The position numbers and the translations under genes were made by a program. From assembly GCA_963759775.1 (NCBI GenBank), contig CAVXAH010000001.1:38787-102786 (forward strand): a stretch of 64,000 nucleotides of DNA, given 5' to 3'. Each line of letters starts with the position of its first letter. Positions within the stretch are counted from its first letter, which is position 1. Origin of the DNA: an uncultured bacterium. Lineage in GTDB: Bacteria > Patescibacteriota > Minisyncoccia > Phycocordibacterales > Phycocordibacteraceae. Of this stretch, positions 38,378 to 47,362 are shown one piece after another. The notes below the pieces were generated by a model. That model did no database searches. It had not been told where the DNA came from and saw only the letters and a list, made by a program, of their open reading frames with translations.

Positions 38378-39733
38378 ATGGCAACCGATCGCATTCCTCC
38401 ACAAAGTCTTGAGTCCGAACGCGCACTCCTCGGCGCACTCCTCTTAAAGCCAGACGCTATCCACGACGTCGGCGACCTTATTAAGCCGGATTCTTTTTAC
38501 GCAGAGAAACACCGCCTCATTTTTGCCGCGATGCGCGACCTCTCCGATCGCGGAGAGCCCCTTGACCAGCTCACCCTTTCCGAGCGACTCACTGGCCAGG
38601 GACTTCTTGAGCGCGCGGGCGGCCGTGCCTATCTCGCAGAGCTTGCGGCTGCGGCACCCGCGCCAGGTAACTACGCCCACTACGCTGACCTCGTCTCCCG
38701 CAAACACTTGATGCGCGGTTTGATAGACGCTTCCTACGAAATAACGGAGGCGGCGTACGATGAAGCCCGCGACACTCCCGAAGTGCTTGATGAAGCTGAA
38801 AAGAAAATCTACGCCATTGGGAATGCGTCGGCGATGCACAAGTTCGTCGCTATTGGCGACAAGGTGCACGACGCGTGGGAACGTCTTGAGTTGCTTTCAA
38901 AAAAAGAAGACGGTATTCGTGGTGTTTCTTCTGGCTTCCCCGACCTTGATGCTCTGCTTTCAGGCTTTCATCCTTCCGATCTCGTCATTCTCGCGGCGAG
39001 ACCTTCCATGGGTAAGACGTCGCTTGCACTTGATATCGCCCGGAACGCCGCTGTCCAGCACAAAGTGCCAGTGGGAATCTTCTCCCTTGAAATGAGCTCC
39101 GAACAACTCGTTGACCGCATGCTTGCCGCCGAGTCCTATGTGAATGCGTGGAAAATCCGCACCGGCGCCATCAAGGCGGAAGAGGACTTTGACAAAATTC
39201 GCGATGCGCTTGAAAGCCTCTCAAAGGCACCTATTTATATTGACGACAAGCCGGGCAACAACATCCTCGCCATGCGCGCGGTGGCGCGTCGCCTGAAGCG
39301 TGAGCGTGGTATTGGCCTCTTGGTAGTGGACTACCTCCAGCTTATGGCTCCCACTTCAACCAAGTCGTCCGACTCTCTGGTTCAGCAGGTCACCGAAATA
39401 TCGCGCTCTCTGAAAGGCCTTGCGCGCGAGCTTGAAGTGCCGGTCATTGCCCTCTCCCAGCTCTCGCGCGCAGTTGAACAGCGCGGTGGCAAGCCGCGGC
39501 TCTCCGACCTCCGCGACTCAGGTTCTATTGAGCAAGACGCCGACGTGGTGATGTTCATTCACCGTGACGATAAATCAAATAAAGACAGCGACAAGCCAGG
39601 TGTTGCTGAAATTTTGATTGAAAAGCACCGCAACGGTCCGACCGGAAAGATTGAACTCTATTTTGATGAGAAACGCGCGACCTTCATGCCGATTGACAAA
39701 TCTGGCTACGGCGACCTCGCAAAAGAATTTTAA
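38378..39733 (+). CDS. dnaB: replicative DNA helicase
   Basis: DnaB N-terminal domain (PQSLESERALLGALL), Walker A GARPSMGKTS, RecA-like C-terminal domain. Confidence 0.95.
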   Translation: MATDRIPPQSLESERALLGALLLKPDAIHDVGDLIKPDSFYAEKHRLIFAAMRDLSDRGEPLDQLTLSERLTGQGLLERAGGRAYLAELAAAAPAPGNYAHYADLVSRKHLMRGLIDASYEITEAAYDEARDTPEVLDEAEKKIYAIGNASAMHKFVAIGDKVHDAWERLELLSKKEDGIRGVSSGFPDLDALLSGFHPSDLVILAARPSMGKTSLALDIARNAAVQHKVPVGIFSLEMSSEQLVDRMLAAESYVNAWKIRTGAIKAEEDFDKIRDALESLSKAPIYIDDKPGNNILAMRAVARRLKRERGIGLLVVDYLQLMAPTSTKSSDSLVQQVTEISRSLKGLARELEVPVIALSQLSRAVEQRGGKPRLSDLRDSGSIEQDADVVMFIHRDDKSNKDSDKPGVAEILIEKHRNGPTGKIELYFDEKRATFMPIDKSGYGDLAKEF

Positions 39734-39735
39734 AT

Positions 39736-40335
39736 ATGGACCGCATTGAGGAGCTGGCGCAAGCATTCACTCGGTTCCCCGGCATCGGACCACGACAGGC
39801 AAAGAGGTTTGTGTTTCATCTTCTTTCTGTTGCTCAAAGTGAACGACTAAAACTTTCTGAACTCATCGGTGCGCTTGGAAAAGACGTGCACCAGTGTCCC
39901 GAATGTCTCCGCTACGCAACTGGTTCAAGTGCTGTGTGTAATTATTGCGTCGACAAGTCGCGCGACGATTCCCTGCTCATGCTTATAGAGAAGGATCAAG
40001 ACCTTGCCGCCGTTGAACGCGCCGGCACCTACAAGGGCCGCTATTTCGTACTTGGTGGCGTGCTCACCCTCTCTGGGAAAGGATCTATCCGCGAGAAAGA
40101 GCTTGGAAAAGCTATTGAAAAACGTCTTGCAAAGGGTCTAAAAGAAATCGTACTTGCCCTTTCAGCAACGAGTGAGGGGGAGCATACTGCCGACCACCTT
40201 CGTGAACTCCTCGCTTCCTACCGCGACAAGGTTCACTTTTCAGAACTAGGCCGAGGGCTCGCGACCGGCAGTGAGCTTGAGTACTCTGACGGCGAGACGC
40301 TGCGCGCTGCCCTCTCAAACCGCAAGGATGCATAA
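39736..40335 (+). CDS. recR: recombination protein RecR
   Basis: HhH (FPGIGPRQAKR), C4 zinc finger (CPEC..C..C), Toprim domain. Confidence 0.95.
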   Translation: MDRIEELAQAFTRFPGIGPRQAKRFVFHLLSVAQSERLKLSELIGALGKDVHQCPECLRYATGSSAVCNYCVDKSRDDSLLMLIEKDQDLAAVERAGTYKGRYFVLGGVLTLSGKGSIREKELGKAIEKRLAKGLKEIVLALSATSEGEHTADHLRELLASYRDKVHFSELGRGLATGSELEYSDGETLRAALSNRKDA

Positions 40336-40342
40336 CAAAGAT

Positions 40343-40371
40343 TGACTTTTACTGTGGTATGGTGTATAATA
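40343..40371 (+). promoter_or_regulatory. consensus sigma70 promoter (TTGACT-17-TATAAT)
   Basis: ttgact tttactgtggtatggtg tataat, then RBS aggagag and a TTG start. Confidence 0.55.
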
Positions 40372-40401
40372 AGGTTTGGCCTTTAGTTATAGGAGAGAAC
40401 C

Positions 40402-40728
40402 TTGAGAGACCGCAACGAGTACTACGGAGTTGATTGGAGCGATAAGTCTCCTCCACTTTCATTTTTCGCAAAGATCATGGTGGCGTTGGGCACTCTCGCG
40501 TTCGTTGTATTCTTGTTGTCGTTTTTTTACAACCGTCTTTATGAGGTTGCAACGGCGCCAACAATGTTTGCGAACCAAGACACCTGCCTGTGCGTTCACG
40601 GTAAGAACGCGGACGGCAGTCCGGCCGCGTGCAGTAGCATGCGCGGGCACTACGCTGTCTCGTGGGTGCCACGCGAAGCGGCTCCCACGGAAACTGTCCG
40701 CGCCGAGCCCTGCTGGCTCGATGGATAG
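40402..40728 (+). CDS. hypothetical membrane protein (TTG start)
   Basis: 108 aa, one TM, Cys-rich C-terminal part; own promoter and terminator. Confidence 0.4.
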   Translation: MRDRNEYYGVDWSDKSPPLSFFAKIMVALGTLAFVVFLLSFFYNRLYEVATAPTMFANQDTCLCVHGKNADGSPAACSSMRGHYAVSWVPREAAPTETVRAEPCWLDG

Positions 40729-40740
40729 AAAACTCTAAAA

Positions 40741-40785
40741 GCGCTGTTGTTCTTCGGAACACAGCGCTTTTTTCTTTTTTTACTG
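40741..40785 (+). terminator. rho-independent terminator
   Basis: agcgctgtt-gttcttcggaac-acagcgct followed by tttttc. Confidence 0.7.
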
Positions 40786-40798
40786 CAAGAAGTTTAGT

Positions 40799-42142
40799 TT
40801 AACGTTCCTCCACGAAGGTAAGAGCCTTACCTTTCATAGATGCGCGGCCGGTGCGGCCAATGCGGTGCACATAATCTTCATACGTTCCCGGGAGGTCGTA
40901 GTTGATGACGTGTGAGACGGCGGGGATATCAAGGCCGCGTGCCGCAACGTCGGTTGCGACGAGTGCTTGCACCTGACCGTTCTTAAATGCCTGGAGCGCC
41001 TTCATGCGTGCATTGTGGCTTTTGTTGCCGTGGATAGATTCCGCGTGAATATGTGCGCGTGAGAGCATCTTGGCGAGGCGCTCAACACCATGCTTGGTGC
41101 GACCGAAAATGAGTACGCGACTGAATTCTGATGTTGAAAGGAGTTCGGTAAGAACCACAAACTTGTCCTTGCCGCGCGGGATGCGCACGACGTCTTGGTC
41201 AACGTTTTTTGAGGTATCGCGCGTCTTTACGGAAATACGAACCGGGTTTTTAAGAAAATCGCCAATCAACTTCTCAATATCCCGCGACATGGTCGCTGAA
41301 AAGAAAAGCGTGTGGCGCTCGGTACGCATCTTCGCCAAGATAAAACGCATGTCATCAATGAAACCCATATCAAGCATGCGATCTGCCTCATCAAGCACCA
41401 CGCTTCCAAAACCAGAAAGCTCAAGCGCACGGCGCTCCATGAGGTCCTTCAGGCGACCTGGGGTACCAATAACAAACGCGGGGTTGTAGCGAAGTTGTGA
41501 GATCTGCGGACCGATGTTTGCCCCGCCCACCGCGACCATGCCGCGAAAACCAAGTCCCTTTGCAAACCCCGCAAGCTCACGCTCAATTTGAACCGCGAGT
41601 TCGCGCGTTGGCGCCATGATAAGCACACGCTCGTTCTCTTTCGTTATTACTTTGTTGATGAGCGGAATAAGAAAAGCGGCGGTTTTGCCGGTCCCCGTCT
41701 CTGCGAGCCCAACAACGTCTTCGCCGCGCAAAATGTGCGGAATAGTCTTGTCTTGAATCGGGGTGGGGAGCTCATAGCCCTTCGCAATGACATTCTTTTT
41801 CAAACGCTCATCAATCAGGAAATCGCTAAATTTGTGCTCGGGTACGAAATGTTCTGCTACCTCGGTGATGACCGCTTTGTTGATGAGCTTTGCGAGGTCC
41901 GCTTCGGTGCGTCCGAAAGAACCGCCCATGTTCCCGCGTCCGCCGCCTCTGCCTCCGCCACCACGATAGCCTCCACGGCCTCCGCTGTAGCCACCTCGGC
42001 TCGGGTAACCACCTCCACGACTAGGACGAGAACCACCGTCGCGGCTAGGCCGTGACGGACCATGTGCAGAACGACCCTCGCCTCCGCGCGAGTGCCCTCC
42101 TCCCCCTCCCACGCCCTGATGAATCCAACGCCCGTGTTGCAT
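40799..42142 (-). CDS. DEAD-box ATP-dependent RNA helicase with N-terminal RGG/GR-rich extension
   Basis: Q motif, Walker A AETGTGKT, DEAD (VLDEADRM), SAT, HRIGRTGR motifs; first about 70 aa are Gly/Arg repeats (start uncertain). Confidence 0.9.
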   Translation of the reverse strand: MQHGRWIHQGVGGGGGHSRGGEGRSAHGPSRPSRDGGSRPSRGGGYPSRGGYSGGRGGYRGGGGRGGGRGNMGGSFGRTEADLAKLINKAVITEVAEHFVPEHKFSDFLIDERLKKNVIAKGYELPTPIQDKTIPHILRGEDVVGLAETGTGKTAAFLIPLINKVITKENERVLIMAPTRELAVQIERELAGFAKGLGFRGMVAVGGANIGPQISQLRYNPAFVIGTPGRLKDLMERRALELSGFGSVVLDEADRMLDMGFIDDMRFILAKMRTERHTLFFSATMSRDIEKLIGDFLKNPVRISVKTRDTSKNVDQDVVRIPRGKDKFVVLTELLSTSEFSRVLIFGRTKHGVERLAKMLSRAHIHAESIHGNKSHNARMKALQAFKNGQVQALVATDVAARGLDIPAVSHVINYDLPGTYEDYVHRIGRTGRASMKGKALTFVEER

Positions 42143-42191
42143 ACTAAAAAACTATAAATAGAAAGGTTTACGAAACCCTTCGTTGATTAAA

Positions 42192-42509
42192 TTAGGAGAT
42201 CGAATCGATCTTTACCTTCAGGAATGGCTGGCGATGTCCGCGACGCTTGTGGTATCGGCTCTTTGCCTTGTACTTCACCACGTCAATTTTCGGCGCTCTG
42301 CCTGCCATCACTACCGTACCCTTGACCTCTGCGCCCTTGATAGTGGGAGCGCCGATAGTCGTATCTGATCCATTATCAACCAATAGGACCTCATCAAAAA
42401 CAACCGAGTCACCAGCTTTCTTTTCGCCTGGGAGTTTCTCAATAAAAAGCGTGTCGCCTTTCGAGACGACATACTGCTTTCCGCCAGTCTTAATAACGGC
42501 AATTTCCAT
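42192..42509 (-). CDS. rplU: 50S ribosomal protein L21
   Basis: MEIAVIKTGGKQY.VS.GD...EKL signature; internal Met chosen as start. Confidence 0.9.
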   Translation of the reverse strand: MEIAVIKTGGKQYVVSKGDTLFIEKLPGEKKAGDSVVFDEVLLVDNGSDTTIGAPTIKGAEVKGTVVMAGRAPKIDVVKYKAKSRYHKRRGHRQPFLKVKIDSIS

Positions 42510-42662
42510 GTCCTCGCAATGTACCGTTTTTAGGCTGAAAAGGCAATAGCGACGGGTTATGCACCCCCTCTCTTCCCTTCTTGTCTCCAAAAGTTATAAA
42601 CTTACACGTGGGGGATACCGTGCGGACACTTCTGTCCGCGACAACTGTGGAGAATCTGTGCC

Positions 42663-43031
42663 GTGAACATAATAAGAGTGTTGTTCTTTGTGGGCATTAT
42701 CGGTATAAGCCCTACTGCATATGCCGATGTGCCGCGCTGTGATGAGGTTCGGAAAGTATCGCTTTCGGTTGGTGCTGAGGCCGAGCAGCAACGGCAACTC
42801 GATTCCAACAAATTGCAGGATGATGTTCGTATATGGGTTTGTCGTGCGATTCATCTCAACCAAGTACCGGTTTCGGTTAAATACCAACCCAGTATGCGGG
42901 CGCTTCGTGTGCTCGAGTACCGCTGGTTTTCTCCGACACGATACGAAGGAGATGTGCCTGCGTTTGAGTTTCGGGTTTCTCTCACTATCCTCGACGTACC
43001 CCGTCCGCCTCTTTGGTTTTTGTTTAAGTGA
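42663..43031 (+). CDS. hypothetical secreted protein
   Basis: 122 aa with signal peptide; followed by terminator. Confidence 0.45.
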   Translation: MNIIRVLFFVGIIGISPTAYADVPRCDEVRKVSLSVGAEAEQQRQLDSNKLQDDVRIWVCRAIHLNQVPVSVKYQPSMRALRVLEYRWFSPTRYEGDVPAFEFRVSLTILDVPRPPLWFLFK

Positions 43032-43067
43032 GCGGGGCGAACCTTTGGTTCGCCCCGTTTTTTATTC
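43032..43067 (+). terminator. rho-independent terminator
   Basis: ggggcgaacc-tttg-gttcgcccc followed by gtttttt. Confidence 0.75.
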
Positions 43068-43309
43068 CTCAACTGTTGGTTTATCAAGTGGATGGTCGAT
43101 AGACGCATGTGAAGACAACATCACTTCGTGTAAGTGGCTCGAGGCTGTATCACATAATTTCCTTCCCCTCTTTTCAAAAAGACGCTTTGCTTGAGCTTCA
43201 GGTGCCAAGAGGCGTACGCTTAAACGCATTTACGTTTGGGAGTTAGTTTTGTTGCAAAACGGACAAGCCAGGCGTAGGGTATGCCCGGAATCCACAAAGG
43301 AGAATTGTA

Positions 43310-43843
43310 GTGAACATTGACGAAACAGTTGCCCTTGCAGACGAGTTGAGATTGTCTTATGTCGAAAAGAAAACTCCGCCACAGGAGATGATCGACAAAC
43401 TCACTGAAGGCATAGCGAAGTGTCTCGCACATCAAAAGGTTTCTGAACTTAAGCGCGTTACAGAAGCCCTGGGTCCGCTCATTATGGTGTGTGAAGCACG
43501 TGATATTCGAGAGGAGGGACGCTGGCGCGGACTCGCCTATGTCGGAGGATTGTTCCGCGACTACCCGCAACAGCTTGAGATCGAGCGCTGGCTTCACCCA
43601 ACTAACGTGAAGCGCAAGATCCTCGACAGAATTATTGGTGAACCTGGCATTTCGTTTGAAACACTTCGACATCTTTTCAAAGACGAAGATGCTCCGCAAG
43701 AACTTGCTTTGCTCTACGGTGCCGGACTGCTGACGGAAATGCCCGGGAAACATTCCAAAGCACATTTCTTCGTCAGCAGCGTTTCAAAACGACGTATCAA
43801 GCAATATGACGAGGAGCGATGTACGCCCGAACCACCTCCATGA
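43310..43843 (+). CDS. hypothetical protein (GTG start)
   Basis: 177 aa; RBS aggagaa upstream of GTG; no known domain recognised. Confidence 0.4.
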   Translation: MNIDETVALADELRLSYVEKKTPPQEMIDKLTEGIAKCLAHQKVSELKRVTEALGPLIMVCEARDIREEGRWRGLAYVGGLFRDYPQQLEIERWLHPTNVKRKILDRIIGEPGISFETLRHLFKDEDAPQELALLYGAGLLTEMPGKHSKAHFFVSSVSKRRIKQYDEERCTPEPPP

Positions 43844-43881
43844 GAACTGTTCTCTTAAGACCGCGAATACTTCGCGGTTTT

Positions 43882-44943
43882 TTATTCAGGTTCTATTGAA
43901 GGTTTCTCAAGAACAAGTGCGTCGACTCCAATCTTCGTACCTTCAATGCGGAATACGTCTTTTTCTATTTTTCCGAGTTCTTTATAGCCCGCGTTGTAGT
44001 GAGAGACGGCGGTGCCAAGCGTCGTGCCGAGTTTTCGATAATACTCTTCATAGGTGCCAATGTGCTTTCCCAGCTCCCCCACCCTTTTCTTTATTTCTTC
44101 CGCCTGTTCTTCAATTTGAAGCGCTTTGAGGCCCTGGAGCACGGTCTGTAGATACGCAAGGAAAGAGGTCGGTGAGACGATAATCACTTTCTTTTGAAAT
44201 GCGTATTCAATAAGATCGCGGGTTTGGGTTTTCATTGCTCCCACCTGATTCGTCAAAAGGTCGTAGTAAATGCCTTCCGAAGGAATAAACATAAACGCAA
44301 ATTCCATGGTGTTTTCTTCCGGTCGCACGTATTTGGAAGTCTCATCAATACGAAGTTTGAGGTCGCCCTTAAACGCTTTTTCATACCCTTCGCGCTCCGC
44401 GGCGTCGCGCGCGCCAACTGCGCGATTATAGTTTTCAAGCGAAAACTTGGAGTCTATCGGGATGATGCGTTCTTTCACGAATACCACCGCGTCTACGATT
44501 TCTCCGTTTTTGAATGGGTACTGCATTTGGAACTGCCCGGGCGCAAGCACGTTCTTGAGAACCGTCTCAAGGTAGTACTCGCCGAGAATTCCCCGCTGTT
44601 TCGGGTTCTGCAGTACGTCCTGAAGGTTCTGAAGCTGGTCGGCAAAGGAGACGACTTGGCGGTTTGTTTCATCTAGCTTTGCAAGGCGATCCGTGACGTC
44701 CCGCACAATCTTTGTGGATTCTGAGATTTGCCGATGTGCGCTGTCTTGCATGGCCTTAGTGGACTCTGAAACACGCGCATCAAGTGTGCGCGTGAGCTCC
44801 TGCATCTGCTGTTGGATAAGCATGAGGCCGCCTTCCTCCGGCGCCGCATTTTTCTTCTTTAACCATCCAAATACAATAGAAAGTCCGATAATTTGAACGA
44901 GTACAAGGACAATAACGATAATGGCGATTTCAAGGGGACTCAT
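43882..44943 (-). CDS. rmuC: DNA recombination protein RmuC
   Basis: N-terminal TM plus coiled coil, RmuC nuclease-like C-terminal domain. Confidence 0.85.
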   Translation of the reverse strand: MSPLEIAIIVIVLVLVQIIGLSIVFGWLKKKNAAPEEGGLMLIQQQMQELTRTLDARVSESTKAMQDSAHRQISESTKIVRDVTDRLAKLDETNRQVVSFADQLQNLQDVLQNPKQRGILGEYYLETVLKNVLAPGQFQMQYPFKNGEIVDAVVFVKERIIPIDSKFSLENYNRAVGARDAAEREGYEKAFKGDLKLRIDETSKYVRPEENTMEFAFMFIPSEGIYYDLLTNQVGAMKTQTRDLIEYAFQKKVIIVSPTSFLAYLQTVLQGLKALQIEEQAEEIKKRVGELGKHIGTYEEYYRKLGTTLGTAVSHYNAGYKELGKIEKDVFRIEGTKIGVDALVLEKPSIEPE

Positions 44944-44996
44944 AGGTTTTATGATATTCTACTACACACTACTCACTACCAACTACCCACTGTTTT

Positions 44997-45449
44997 ATGA
45001 TTCACGAAAACATTAAATCTTCTATCCCGGCCGCTATGCGTGCGAAAGACGAGGTAGAGCTTCGTACGCTACGCTCTCTCGTAACCGCTATGACAAACGA
45101 GGTGGTCGCAAAAAAGCGTAAACCGGATGAGTTCCTTACCGACGAAGAGGCACTTGCAGTCTTGAAGCGCGCCGCGAGCCAACGAAAGGATTCTATTGAG
45201 CAATTTGAAAAAGCAGGACGAAATGAGCTTGCGGTGCCGGAGAAAGCGGAGCTCGCAATTATTGAAGTCCTCCTCCCTGCCCAAATGCCGAAAAGCGAAA
45301 TTGAGGCATTCGTAAAGAAAAAGATGACTGAAATGGGAGTCACGAACCGAGCAGATGCGGGCAAGTTTGTCGGTACCCTTATGAAAGAGCTCAAGGGTAA
45401 GGCAGATGGCGCTGATGTAAAAGCCGTTGTGGATTCACTGCTTCTTTAG
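44997..45449 (+). CDS. GatB/YqeY domain protein
   Basis: 150 aa, YqeY family pattern throughout. Confidence 0.85.
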   Translation: MIHENIKSSIPAAMRAKDEVELRTLRSLVTAMTNEVVAKKRKPDEFLTDEEALAVLKRAASQRKDSIEQFEKAGRNELAVPEKAELAIIEVLLPAQMPKSEIEAFVKKKMTEMGVTNRADAGKFVGTLMKELKGKADGADVKAVVDSLLL

Positions 45450-45505
45450 AAAATCGTGGTATAATGCAGGTTGGTATGGAAAATCAGCCAACTGGAGGTA
45501 AAAAG

Positions 45506-45727
45506 ATGGCAAGAACACCGGAAGAGATGCGGTTGCTCTGGGTTAAAGATCCTGAGAAAGCTCGAGCATTGTCCGACTTTGGACGCCAAAAAGCACAAGT
45601 CCTTCGTGGAGTGAAAAAGGTTGAAGTGGAAAAAGAAAAACCCTCAATCAATCACTTCGTTTCAGATGAGGTGCTCAGAAAAATGGAGAAGCACTTTCGA
45701 CCAGACACTCGAGTCAAGGACGACTAG
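45506..45727 (+). CDS. hypothetical small protein
   Basis: 73 aa from MARTPEEM with RBS ggaggt; extended -10 (tggtataat) upstream; terminator downstream. Confidence 0.4.
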   Translation: MARTPEEMRLLWVKDPEKARALSDFGRQKAQVLRGVKKVEVEKEKPSINHFVSDEVLRKMEKHFRPDTRVKDD

Positions 45728-45741
45728 CTCCCACCAACCAC

Positions 45742-45790
45742 CCCGCAGTGCCACAAGCACTGCGGGGGTTTGTTTTGTTTTTATGAGTTT
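45742..45790 (+). terminator. rho-independent terminator
   Basis: ccccgcagtgc-cacaa-gcactgcgggg followed by gtttgttttgttttt. Confidence 0.75.
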
Positions 45791-45810
45791 TCTTGTTATA
45801 AAAGCCACAC

Positions 45811-45882
45811 GGCCCTATCGTCTAACGGTTAGGACGGAGCCTTCTCAAGGCTTAAATCGGGGTTCGATTCCCCGTAGGGTCA
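45811..45882 (+). tRNA. tRNA-Glu (anticodon CTC); CCA not encoded
   Basis: acceptor GGCCCTA/TAGGGTC, D-arm GTC-TAACGGTTA-GAC, anticodon stem GAGCC/GGCTT with loop TTCTCAA, T-arm CGGGG-TTCGATT-CCCCG; close to the E. coli tRNA-Glu layout. Confidence 0.8.
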
Positions 45883-45955
45883 TGACGCACCGCACGGCCG
45901 CCGAAAGGCGGCTTTGTGCGTCATGATCCTAAGCAAAGCCTGGGAGGCTTTGCGT

Positions 45956-45971
45956 CGGGGAATCGAAAACC
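45956..45971. repeat. inverted partial copy of the tRNA-Glu T-loop
   Basis: ggggaatcgaa is the reverse complement of ttcgattcccc. Confidence 0.5.
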
Positions 45972-46054
45972 TTGCGAGCATATTTTGCAATTTCCTGAAG
46001 CAAAATATCCGCAAGGTGTACTGAAACTGTAAGTTTCGATAAGCGTACTCGCGG

Positions 46055-46068
46055 TCCCCGTAGGGTCA
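46055..46068 (+). repeat. 14-nt direct repeat of the tRNA-Glu 3' end (TCCCCGTAGGGTCA)
   Basis: exact match to 45869-45882, 173 bp downstream; att-site-like. Confidence 0.8.
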
Positions 46069-46072
46069 CAAA

Positions 46073-47362
46073 TTATCTCCGTTTCCACTCCTTCTCTTGC
46101 CTTACCAATTTAGAGACGTTTGCGGGGTCGGCAAGAAGTGCCTCCACAATGCGTTCGGTCCGGATAGACTGCGAACCTTTTATAAGTACTACGTCCCCTT
46201 CTTTCACAAAGGTAGGCAGGGTGGCGGCCGCGGCATGAGAATCTTCAAGAGCAAATGCACGCTCGGCCGACATGCCCGCAAGACGTGCCGCCTCTACCAT
46301 TTGCTTTGAGCGAATCCCTACCCCCACCACCACGTCTGCCGCATCTGCCGCAGAAGCGCCGATGCGGGAGTGTTCAGTCACGGAGTAGCGACCAAGCTCA
46401 AGCATGTCTCCCAGCACGGCGATACGACGACCGCGACAAGGAAACTCTTTCAAATTCCACAACGCTTCTTCAACTGCAGCAGGAGAAGAATTATAGGATT
46501 CATCAATAAGATACGAGCCATGTTTCCCCAAAAGGAGCCGACCGCGTCCGGGCGGAGGAACAAAAGCAGCGAGTGCCTCTATCGCCTCTTTGAGTGAGAT
46601 ACCAAATACGCTTGCCGCGGCGATGGCCGACCCCACAGAAAGCATCTGTGTGCGACCTATAGAACCCCTCACTATAGCGGGAACCTTTTTACCCGCGAAA
46701 GTTACGATGGCTTGCATGCCGGAGGCCATGCCGCTCTCTTCGTACAATTCAATTTGATCCAATCGCACATTTGATTCCGGCTCAACGCCGTACGTGACCA
46801 GACGCACCGGAAGACGCTTTGCCATTTCTTTCGCAAACGAATCGCTTTCCGAAATGATGAGTGGCGCGGCAGACGGAAGTGCATACGCCGGTGAGAATTC
46901 TTCTTCTCTGACCGCCTGTGGGGTTGCGTACGCCTCTACGTGCACAGGGACGTCCGGCAAGCGCGTAATGACGACCGCGTCTGGGGTTGCGATTTTGAGT
47001 ATTTTCGCGAGGTCGCCTGGTCGGTCCGCTCCCACTTCAAGCACCAAGAGGTTTGGGTAATGGTTCGGGAGAAAGAGAAGCGAGAAAATCTGCTTTATAA
47101 TTTTTGTCCACGCAAGCGGGTTTCCCCATGGGTTGGGAACTCCAAAAACAGTAAAAGGAACTCCAAACTCTGTGTTGTAGCTCTTCTCACTTTTGCGGAC
47201 AAAGAAACGCGAAGAAAGTGCGGCAGCTACCGCATCTTTCGTTGAGGTCTTCCCCACCGAGCCACTAATCATCACTACCTTGGGGCGATAGCGCCGCACC
47301 ACCTGGTGCGCCGCTATGGCGAGAACGCGCGCAACACACGATTTGAGAAAATCCCTAATCAT
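46073..47362 (-). CDS. murF: UDP-N-acetylmuramoyl-tripeptide--D-alanyl-D-alanine ligase
   Basis: Mur ligase P-loop GSVGKTSTKD, GDMLELG motif characteristic of MurF. Confidence 0.9.
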   Translation of the reverse strand: MIRDFLKSCVARVLAIAAHQVVRRYRPKVVMISGSVGKTSTKDAVAAALSSRFFVRKSEKSYNTEFGVPFTVFGVPNPWGNPLAWTKIIKQIFSLLFLPNHYPNLLVLEVGADRPGDLAKILKIATPDAVVITRLPDVPVHVEAYATPQAVREEEFSPAYALPSAAPLIISESDSFAKEMAKRLPVRLVTYGVEPESNVRLDQIELYEESGMASGMQAIVTFAGKKVPAIVRGSIGRTQMLSVGSAIAAASVFGISLKEAIEALAAFVPPPGRGRLLLGKHGSYLIDESYNSSPAAVEEALWNLKEFPCRGRRIAVLGDMLELGRYSVTEHSRIGASAADAADVVVGVGIRSKQMVEAARLAGMSAERAFALEDSHAAAATLPTFVKEGDVVLIKGSQSIRTERIVEALLADPANVSKLVRQEKEWKRR

